From an uncultured Methanosarcinaceae archaeon (GTDB lineage Archaea > Halobacteriota > Methanosarcinia > Methanosarcinales > Methanosarcinaceae): a stretch of DNA of 64,000 bases. The position numbers were made by a program, and so were the translations under genes. Where the stretch lies: NCBI GenBank assembly GCA_963733675.1, contig CAVTET010000003.1, forward strand, positions 320,001-384,000. Reading direction: 5' to 3'. This document shows positions 55,036 through 64,000 of this stretch, one piece after another (position 1 is the stretch's first letter; each line of letters opens with the position of its first letter). Below the pieces are notes generated by a model. It searched no databases and was not told the DNA's origin. It saw nothing but the letters and a program-made list of their open reading frames with translations.

Positions 55036-55859
55036 TTATCATCTCTCTTACTCGTTTCCCCTTAAGTTTAGTTAGCATCTCGTTAGGTAACCTTCCGATG
55101 GCTACCGGGAAATTACTAGATTTTTAAATTGGTTAATTTCCTTTGAACACTCACACAGTGACTGATATTTTTAGATACCAAATGTTAACTTTTATTGAAG
55201 AAAGAATTCTTCCTGCAAATTCAGTGTTTCAGTATAAAATGCAAAGCTAACTATATTTTAGTCCAGATTTGAGATCGTATCATCTAAGAGCTAGTTAGTA
55301 TCGTCAACCTAGATCTTCAAAGTTAGGTACTCCCGAATCCCTGCAAGAGCTTTTTCATTCTACTAGATGATTGTTTCAACATTTATTTCACCACGTTATG
55401 GTTAAAAATTAAAATAGAATGGAATTTGTTTTTGGTGACTAGTCAAGCTATCAAAAATTAGTTGATAGATATCTATTCTATTACACCAACAAATTTCGAT
55501 GAACTACAAAACTTATTTAGCTTGTTAGTTATTTTAAATTAATTATAAAAAAATAGTTTATAACCAAAAAGTCTTTGCCAATTGAATATTTCAACATTGA
55601 ACAACAATTAGATATAAATTATGTATTACGATAATTAAGGAATAATGCCCACTTTTCTATCATTCATTTTTCCACAAAACATTTTAAAATCTAACATAAG
55701 GCGATTCGACTCTTGACATCAAAAAGTAGTCGATTCTGGGGCGATTTAAGTCATATTTTTGAGTCATATAGGGAAATCCTAAGGAATAATCAAAGAACCT
55801 CTTTTAGGTGCTGAGATTACGTCATTTATTGATTGACTGAAGAAGGCGCTTGTCTGTCA

Positions 55860-56140
55860 TAATTCATGAGATCAGGACCGTATAATTTCCGTACTAATTA
55901 TTTTAAATTATTAATATTTGAAATATGTACAAAAAAATATATAATTGATTAAATATAGGTATAATTTGAAGATTTTCCAGTGCCTTCAAGCAGATCTTCT
56001 ATTAGGCTGCTGGCATTTCCTAACCTGCAGCTTACAATGTCAACTTTTTGACATATACTGTCGTTAATGACCATGGGGTCTCTGGAATCTCACAACGGAC
56101 AGCAGCTGCAGGATATCCAGATAGATCTTCGAAGGGTAGC
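55860..56140 (+). ncRNA. Extended promoter plus structured RNA, copy 7 (standalone, no ORF)
   Basis: TTCATGAGATCAGG ending 55876, TACTAATTATTT 55892, TATA 55938; stems TTGAAG/CTTCAA, TAGGCTGC(56003-10)/GCAGCTTA(56027-34), ATGTCAA(56037-43)/TTGACAT(56048-54), CTGTCGTT(56058-65)/AACGGACAG(56094-102). Confidence 0.65.
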
Positions 56141-56992
56141 GTGCCTAATTTTCTGTAAAATCACAATTCTCAAAAAGTTAATAGGAAGGGAATCCCAAAT
56201 TAGAAGAATTAAATAAACACAGTCAACAAAAATTTAGCTATATATTTACAGCAAATTCGCGACACAATCGAAAGTTTTGTAAATTAGAAACTTTTTACTA
56301 TGTTATGAATTTTTGATTGATCGCAGTCAATTGCTAGTAGAATTAATGGTAACTTTTGCGAGTTCAGGAGATATTAAAAAGTCTCTTTGTTCTCAGGCTG
56401 ATTTATTGTTGGATAATTAGTCCTACGTTTTTTTATGAGATTTGTATAATTAAAGCGCTAACTCTACTACAAGTCCTATAGTGAACATAATGGTCAGGAC
56501 AACATGCTTCGCAAAACTATTAAAGAGAGATACAAACGCAAATGTAATTAAACTAATTGCAATTCATAGAAATCCTTTTGCTTTGTAATAGTAGAATGTA
56601 ATTTCACATTATGATTTACTAGTTCATCACCATCTCTATATCCGATCGAGCCGACTTTTTTTACTAGCCTTTGGTGGTGAGATATTGCTAGCACATTAAT
56701 AATTGAAATTAAAAGAGCTAAGAATAGAAAAAGAAAACATAAACTGATATGGTAGTTACCAAGCTCTTCTCGAAAGGTAGCGGATTTGCCACATTAAAAA
56801 TTAATAAGTGTAAAAGAGAACCCAGCTGATGTGAATATTAAACTTATCAGTGAATGAAAATTCTCCAAAACTCGGTTATGTTCATCGAATATATCTTTTT
56901 CGATTTTTTCTTGTTATTTTGGATATCCATTTCTACCATACAGTTAACTCCATGATCAATTTTAGAATAAATGATATCCTTAATTAATCAGG

Positions 56993-57151
56993 ATTTACGC
57001 AGTTGAACTCAGAATCAGTAGCATAAAACTTCTACTGGTTAGATTAACACTTTAGGTACAAAATCAAGTATAATAGACCTTGCAGTTGAGAATAATTTTT
57101 TAGACAACTGAAGATTTAATGTTATTTATTTCCCAGTTCAACTGCATAAAT
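56993..57151. mobile_element. MITE (~160 bp) with 17-bp terminal inverted repeats
   Basis: ATTTACGCAGTTGAACT (56993-57009) and AGTTCAACTGCATAAAT (57135-57151), 16/17 match; related ends near 602, 19423, 31011, 41323, 45455 and 49649. Confidence 0.7.
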
Positions 57152-57912
57152 AATGTATAAGTCATATATTCTACTTTTTATATTAGATCTCTTTTCAATT
57201 CTATCAGGTTTTATGTCTAGAGGGTTTTAGGGTCCGTTGAAGTGCCATCACATGTTCTTGAAGTCCTTATCCCCGTCTAGGAATTACAGATTCATTTTCC
57301 GAGTCCGCAAAATGAAGGGGAATATATGAAACCCCTGTTGCCATTACAATATCTACATCTATCAATGCTTTGTAAATTGCTGTGTTGAGCCCATCCTCTG
57401 AAATTCTGGTATCACATAGTTTTCTATCCAGCATCTGACTTTGAACTGCACTCCAAATTATGTAAACCCGCATAAGAGAGCCTTTATAGGTTTATCATGC
57501 ATGATCCAGTCTTCGTGCGCCAGATACTCATGAATCCGATTTCGAACATGCTCAACGTCATGGCCAAGTATACGATGACAAAGGTCTCAACACGAAACAT
57601 CCTGTCAGATAGAAATCACTCCTGATAAGTTCATTGCTGATTACAGAATTATATATTGCTACCTTACGGTTATCTCTTATAAGAATCCAGTTGACCTCCA
57701 GGTGATATCTTTCACATCTCCCCAGATATCTAGCCTAGCTTTTCTATCCTTATATGGTCTTCAATTCGGAAGTGGCGATCAATTGAAGTTGCCTGATCAA
57801 ATTTCCTTCCCTTTTCCTGTCAAAGCTGAGAGAAACATTATGTTCGGACACAAAATTCTCTTTTTCCAGGGATCAAGGATAATTATTTACTCTCATTTCC
57901 CCTATTTTTGCC

Positions 57913-59010
57913 ATGATTTTTGATCCTATCACAATCTGCAACATGGAAATCCAGAATCGATTTGTAAGATCCGCAACACATGAATTCATGGCTGAAAAGG
58001 ATGGAAAACCCACTTCAAGGTTAGGGGATCTTTACGAGGTACTTGCAAAAAATGAAGTCAAGTTAATTATAACTGGCTATTCTTATGTTCTTCCTGGAGG
58101 CCAGAGTGATATTTTCCAACAGGGAATCTATGAAGACCGTTTTATTGAAACCTACCTGAAGATAACTGAAAAAGTGCACAGATACAAAAGTAAGATAGTA
58201 CTCCAGATAGTTCATGCAGGTAGGCAAGCAACTACTTCTGAAGAATACATGGTTCCAATAGCTCCTTCCAAAATAAAAGATGTATACTCAGCAGTTGTGC
58301 CGAGGGAAATGACCGAGCAGGAAATTCTGGAAGTAATCGAGGCCTTCACGATAGCAGCTGCCCGGACAAAAAAAGCAGGTTTTGACGGTGTACAGCTCCA
58401 CTGTGCCCATGGTTTTCTTCTAAGTGATTTTATCTCCCCATATACAAACAGAAGGACTGATCGGTGGGGTGGCTCAGTGGAAAACAGAGCAAGAATAGTT
58501 ACTGAGATTGTCAGGCGCATCAAAGAGCAGGCTGGATCTGATTTCCCTATCCTGGTCAAATTGAATGCAACGGATGCTTTTCGGCCTAACTCCCAGAGGA
58601 CAGATATGAGAGTTGAAATTTCACAAGCTATTGAGACTGCAAAAGTTTTGGAGAAAGCTGGAGTTTGTGCAATCGAGGTTAGCGGAGGGCTAAGTAAGAC
58701 AAGTGGGGTAGCCATAAGATTAGCTATTAACTCTCCTACCAAAGAAGCATATTTTAGAGAATATTCTAAAGCAATAAAAAAGGCCGTAAATATACCTGTA
58801 ATCCTTGTAGGTGGCATTAGATCCCTTTCTGTAATGGAATATCTTCTCGAAAACGGATTTGCTGATATGGTTTCCATGAGCAGGACATTTATCTGCGAGC
58901 CTGATCTTGTTTTACAACTCAAATCCGGGAAAACTACAAAAGCAAGGTGTGTATCCTGTAATCTCTGCTTTGATATCGAGGGGATCAAGTGCAACTTCGA
59001 GTTTAATTGA
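57913..59010 (+). CDS. NADH:flavin oxidoreductase (Old Yellow Enzyme family)
   Basis: NRFVRSAT, QIVHAGRQ, AGFDGVQLHCAHGFLLS.FISP..NRRTD.WGGS.ENR, C-terminal CVSCNLC. Confidence 0.93.
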   Translation: MIFDPITICNMEIQNRFVRSATHEFMAEKDGKPTSRLGDLYEVLAKNEVKLIITGYSYVLPGGQSDIFQQGIYEDRFIETYLKITEKVHRYKSKIVLQIVHAGRQATTSEEYMVPIAPSKIKDVYSAVVPREMTEQEILEVIEAFTIAAARTKKAGFDGVQLHCAHGFLLSDFISPYTNRRTDRWGGSVENRARIVTEIVRRIKEQAGSDFPILVKLNATDAFRPNSQRTDMRVEISQAIETAKVLEKAGVCAIEVSGGLSKTSGVAIRLAINSPTKEAYFREYSKAIKKAVNIPVILVGGIRSLSVMEYLLENGFADMVSMSRTFICEPDLVLQLKSGKTTKARCVSCNLCFDIEGIKCNFEFN

Positions 59011-59223
59011 AGTTCAGATACCATAAACTATCTATCAATCTCCCTTTTCAACTCTCGATAAACTTTGTTTTCGTATTTTTCGATTGTTTTTTCAACAAAT
59101 TTTAACGTATATTTTATAAGAGAGAAGCAAAAGAAATAAACATGTAAAGCTAGTAAAAGGGATTTTGTGTTATACTTTTCTTCAAGGTCCACTAACTTGA
59201 AATCATGTATGAGGATCAGAATA

Positions 59224-59802
59224 ATGTCTAAAGAAAACCACGTTGGCAATAAGATATGCCAGCTTAGAGAAGTCAAGGAAATGAGTGTTGAAGAACTGGC
59301 TGAAGCCAGTCAAAGCAGCGTGGAATTAGTTCAACAGTTAGAAAACGGAGATCTGGTGCCATCCTTAACGTCTCTTCTGAAGATTGCCCGAGCTCTAGGC
59401 ACCCGCTTAGGTACTTTTTTGGATGATATGCCACAGAGCGGACCTGTTATTGTTAGGGCAGGATTACTTAAAAATGTGGTACGTTTTTCGGGTAAGGCTG
59501 AAATCCCAACGAAAAGTTCTCTTGAGTTTTATTCACCTGCCTCAGATAAAGCAGACCGCCATATGGAGCCTTTTATCATCGATATACATCCCTCTCCTAA
59601 GGTAAACCACAAACTCTCTTCCCATGAAGGAGAGAAATTCATCTATGTCCTTTCAGGGGAAATTGAGATTTTCTACGGGAAAGATGTTCAAAGGCTAAAC
59701 TCAGGAGACAGCATTTACTATGACTCAATTGTCCCGCATGATGTACATGCAGCAGGAGAAGAGGATGCAAGAATTATGGCTGTGGTTTATGCTCCTGCAT
59801 AA
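59224..59802 (+). CDS. XRE-family HTH regulator with cupin domain
   Basis: [45 protein letters not shown]. Confidence 0.9.
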   Translation: MSKENHVGNKICQLREVKEMSVEELAEASQSSVELVQQLENGDLVPSLTSLLKIARALGTRLGTFLDDMPQSGPVIVRAGLLKNVVRFSGKAEIPTKSSLEFYSPASDKADRHMEPFIIDIHPSPKVNHKLSSHEGEKFIYVLSGEIEIFYGKDVQRLNSGDSIYYDSIVPHDVHAAGEEDARIMAVVYAPA

Positions 59803-59908
59803 AGTCTCAGTCTGGATTGAATAGATTAAAAACTTAAAATATAATATCTGGAATCTATAGAGTTGATAAATATCAAAATACAAGTATTTCAAAGCACAGG
59901 AATCCAAA

Positions 59909-60352
59909 ATGTTCAGTACAAATGTTAGTCCGCGATTTGGGGACATGGACGGGCTTGGGCATATAAATAATACTGTCCTCCCAATATGGTTTGAAACAGG
60001 AAGAAACCCCTTATTCCGGATATTTTCACCGGATCTTGATCTTAGTCCTGATGTATGGCATCTGATCCTCGTCAGGACCGAATTTGATTTTCTTCGTCAG
60101 ATGTATTATAGGTCTGACGTGGAAATTAGGACTTTTATTGTGAAGATAGGAAACAGCTCCTTTACAGTTGGGCACGAAGCCTGGCAAGAAGGGGAACTCA
60201 AGGCCAGGGGTCAAGCAGTACTAGTCTATTATGACTTCAAGATCAAGAAATCAATGCCTCTTCCAAACAAGATTCGTGACATTTTGAAAACGCACATATC
60301 TCCTGCCATAGATACTGATGAAATGAATGTTGATTCCTCTTGTTCTATTTGA
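59909..60352 (+). CDS. Acyl-CoA thioesterase (4HBT/hotdog family)
   Basis: PRFGDMDGLGHINN, WFETGR, KIGNSSF. Confidence 0.9.
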   Translation: MFSTNVSPRFGDMDGLGHINNTVLPIWFETGRNPLFRIFSPDLDLSPDVWHLILVRTEFDFLRQMYYRSDVEIRTFIVKIGNSSFTVGHEAWQEGELKARGQAVLVYYDFKIKKSMPLPNKIRDILKTHISPAIDTDEMNVDSSCSI

Positions 60353-60580
60353 ACGTTCTTGATATAAAGCCCGCAAAATGAGCTTCACAGCATTGAAAAT
60401 ATTTTTACTCCCTAGTAACATTTTGAGCATATCTTTGGATCATTGATAAAATCTTGAAAATTAGTATGTCTCCAATTCTTGGAAAAATGTGAAGAGAGTC
60501 TTAAGTTTACGATTTTCAACAACTAATGGACAAAAACAAAAGTTTCTAAAGGTAGAAAATGCAAGTAAGAGGCTGAAACC

Positions 60581-62346
60581 ATGCTATTATTGAAAATTCC
60601 CTCGGGGAGTTCTACGAGAAACAAGTGACTTTAGATCCTGACCACGAGTTTGTCGTTTATCCGGACCGAAACCTGCGTTTTACTTACGGGCAGTTCGACG
60701 AAAGAGCTAATAACCTTGCTAAAGGGCTTCTTGCCATTGGGATAAAGAAAGGAGATCATGTAGGAATCTGGGCAAAGAACGTTCCGGACTGGCTTGCCTT
60801 TATGTTTGCTACTGCAAAGATCGGTGCAGTACTTGTTACTGTAAATACCGCTTATAAGAGCCATGAAGTCGAATACATACTCAAACAATCTAATGTGAAG
60901 ACACTGGCTCTTATCGATAGTTTCCAAGATGTTGATTATCTCAGAATTATCTATGATTTGCTCCCTGAGCTCAAAAATTCAGACAGGGGGCGCTTGAAAA
61001 GCAAAAATTTCCCATGCCTGAAGAGTTTGATTTACATAGGTCAGGAAAAACATAGGGGCATGTTCAATAGCAGAGAGCTTATGCTTCTTGGCAGTCATTA
61101 TCCCAATGATGAACTTCGGAAAATACTAACATGTTTGAACGGTGATAACGTTATCAATATGCAATATACTTCAGAAACTACTGGTTTCCCAAAAGGGGTT
61201 ATGCTGACCAGCAAAAATATCCTTAACACTGGCCTTTTCATAGGCGACCGTCAGAAGTTCACCCAAAAAGATCGAGTTTGTCTACCTGTGCCCCTTTTTC
61301 ACTGCTTTGGAATTGTACTTGGAGTCATGGCAGTCTTAACCCACAGAGCAACGCTTGTGATGCTTGAAGTTTTCCGAACTCTAGTTGCTAGATGCAGTCC
61401 AGAAAGAAAGATGTACAGCTCTCTACGGCGTACCTACGATGTTTATGCTGAGTACAACCACCCAATGTTTAATATGTGACCTTTCTTCCCTCAGAACCGG
61501 GATCATGGCTGGCTCGATATGTCCTGTGGAAGTTATGAAAAAAGTCATGACACAGGTATGAACTGTTATCAGATTACTAGTGTCTACGAGCTTACAGAAG
61601 CTTCCCCTGGTATGACCCAGACTGTTGTTGACGATCCTGTTGAGCTTAGAGCTGAAACCGTAGGTAAGTCTTTCCCTGAAATAGAGGTAAGAGTTATTGA
61701 CCCGAGTACCAATAAACAAGTGCCTACAGATACGGTTGGGGAAATTTGTTGCCGTGGGTACAATGTAATGAAAGGGTACTACAAGATGCCTGAAGAAACT
61801 AAAAAAGTTATCGATGAAGATGGCTGGCTTCATAGTGGAGACCTCGGAACCTGCGATGAAAAAGGTTACTATAGGATCACTGGCCGAATGAAAGATGTGA
61901 TTATTAGAGGAGGTGAAAACATTTATCCCCGAGAGATTGAGGAGTTCTTGCATGGAATTCCAGGAATTAAAGATTCACAGGTGGTAGGCATCCCTGACAA
62001 GAAATATGGAGAAATCGTGGGAGCCTTTGTAATTCTCAAAAAAGGTATAGAACTAACAGAAGATGACATCAGAGATTATACTTCTAGCCGAATCTCTCGC
62101 TATAAAGTCTCAAAACACGTTTTCTTTGTAGATAATTATCCCCTTACAGCAAGTGGTAAAATCCAAAAATATAAGGTTAGGGAATTAGCGGTAGAGCTCC
62201 TCAAAAAAACTGAAGAATTTGTAGTTAATTCATTCTATCAATATAATATCGATATCCTTTTTCCATTAAATTCTCAACGGATTCATTTTCTTGCCCAGCT
62301 CCAAAAAAAGAATAAATTTCTTCAAATAGCTGGTCCAAGCAAATGA
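60581..62346 (+). pseudogene. AMP-dependent acyl-CoA synthetase, several frameshifts
   Basis: [11 protein letters not shown] (degenerate P-loop), [35 protein letters not shown]; frame breaks near 60590, 61375, 61440 and 61520-61555. Confidence 0.88.
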
Positions 62347-62731
62347 AAGTACTTTTCATCTTATCTTCTATGACAATTTATTTAATAATTAACTGGAGCA
62401 AATAGGTTGCCTGATACTTGGTTCTCAAAAATTTGTCTAAAATTGATCCTGAATTGCCAACGAGAGCTTAAATGTGACATTGATAAACAACGATTTGCAT
62501 TTCCATTATAGTTACAGTTGAAATCCTCTAATTAAAGCTACCATTTCCATTCTAGCAATTAGCTGCACTTACTGTAGCTGTAACGGTTGCTATAAAAAAG
62601 ACTACAAATAATAGACTCAGTGTTTTTTTTTGTTCTGTAAATATTTGTTTTTCCATTTGAAGACCAAATATAAATTTGCATACAGTTGAATATTAGCAGA
62701 AATGGGTAGACTGTTAAAGAATACAATCTTA

Positions 62732-63586
62732 GGTTCCGTTGCAAAAAATCCTTTCTAATGATACAATAGAATAAAAAGAAAACCAAAGATAGTAACATGC
62801 TATCTAATTCCTTTAAATGGAAGCATTATGAAGGGGAAATTATCTTATTGAATGTAAGATGGTACTTAAAATATGCATTAAGTTATAGAAATTTAAAGGA
62901 AATGATGGCATAAAGGGGAGTAAAAGTCGACCATACAACAATCATGAGATGGGTACATCAATATTCCCCTGAAATAGAAAAGAAGATAAGAAGACATTTA
63001 AGACCAACAAATGATTCGTGGAGAGTTGATGAAACCTATATCAAAGTAAAAGGTAAATGGAAATATTTTTACCGAGCAGTTGACTCAAATGGAGATACAA
63101 TTGATTTCATGTTAAGTTCAAAACGAGATAGAAAGGCAGCGAAGAGATTCTTTAAGAAAGCTTTAAGTTCTAATCATAATCAAATTCCAAGATTAATAAC
63201 CGTTGATAAGAATCCAGCTTATCCACCTGCTATAGATAAACTAAAAATTGATAAAATACTACCTAAAAACGTAGGCATTCGACAAATCAAGTATTTGAAT
63301 AACATTATAGAACAAGATCACAGATCTATAAAGAGAATCGTTAATCCAATGTTAGGATTTCAGTCTTTTCGATCTGCTAATAAGACTTTAAAAGGAATTG
63401 AAGCTATAAATATGATCAAAAAAGGACAGGTAATCGATCTAAATTACTCTGTTCTTAATGAAGTCAAATACATTAATCAATTATTTGATATAGTTTTATA
63501 ATGTTAGTACATTTTCCTTGAATGTTTTGATTTTTATTAATCACTTATAGATTTACATATTTTGTTGAAGTTTTTGCAACGGAACC
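62732..63586 (+). mobile_element. IS6-family insertion sequence
   Basis: 16-bp TIRs GGTTCCGTTGCAAAAA (62732-62747) and TTTTTGCAACGGAACC (63571-63586); no flanking direct repeat. Confidence 0.93.
62797..63501 (+). pseudogene. IS6 DDE transposase with in-frame nonsense codon
   Basis: SWRVDETYIKVKG, YRAVD, TVDK, YLNNIIEQDHR; ATG at 62797 interrupted by TAA at 62911-62913. Confidence 0.9.
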
Positions 63587-64000
63587 CCTCCCAGACATCA
63601 TGAAAAGCACACAAGGTCAAGGGCACATGGCTTACTTCAAGCTGTCTTTTCGTATCCCTTAAATCTTACTGCGGTTTATTCAACTAATTGCTGGGCTGGC
63701 GTTGATTCCTGATTATAATTCTCGTTTATGGTGAACCTATTAGTTAACTCAATCCCTTGTCCCTTTTAAGTAAAGTTCTCCATCTAACTGGTCGACAAGA
63801 GAAGTTACTGCTCCATCAGAGGTATCAAGATTTTCAACACAAAGATCTTAGTTATCACCCCATTAATCAATGTTAAAAATTAAGTAAAGAAATTAAATGT
63901 TGTTTTTCCAAAATGTCACTACTATATTTTACTAGTCCTAAAACTGGAACTTTTGAATATAATCCACAATCAGGAACGGTACTGAATGTAGGTATGCAAC

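Noticed and set aside
58212-59024. 270-aa minus-strand ORF
   Set aside because: Antisense to the well-supported OYE gene, with no motifs. The same applies to the ORFs opposite pstA/pstC, feoB and the 44-kb repeat (44093-44434).
1-64000. tRNA or rRNA genes
   Set aside because: No cloverleaf/T-loop signature or extended GC-rich rRNA-like segment noticed; tRNAscan-SE in archaeal mode would confirm.

Overview
AT-rich archaeal DNA, most consistent with Methanosarcina (Cam-type gamma carbonic anhydrase, pyruvoyl arginine decarboxylase, BRE/TATA promoters, Methanosarcina-style signal peptides). It is an accessory region in heavy decay. Intact genes include pdaD, pstB-phoU-pstC-pstA, a solo TnpB, a HAD hydrolase, a pentapeptide-repeat protein, a Cache-domain pentameric ligand-gated ion channel, an anaerobic sulfatase maturase, DtxR-FeoA/feoB, a GT-C glycosyltransferase, cbiMN, a secreted repeat protein with a cationic tail, a YbhB-like protein, and an OYE/XRE-cupin/thioesterase cluster. 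These are interspersed with more than 15 pseudogenes, an IS6 element, IS200/IS605 end remnants and MITEs. The strongest unexplained signal is a dispersed extended promoter found in 8 copies on both strands (GATCAGG-like box, 16 bp, TACTAWWTAGTT box, 44-46 bp, BRE/TATA). In 5 copies it is followed by a conserved multi-hairpin RNA with pairing-preserving substitutions and a C/U-rich loop, and a sixth RNA fragment lacks a clear promoter. This is a candidate undescribed regulon plus structured ncRNA/leader family. No tRNA, rRNA or CRISPR array was seen. All calls are by eye; no searches were run.
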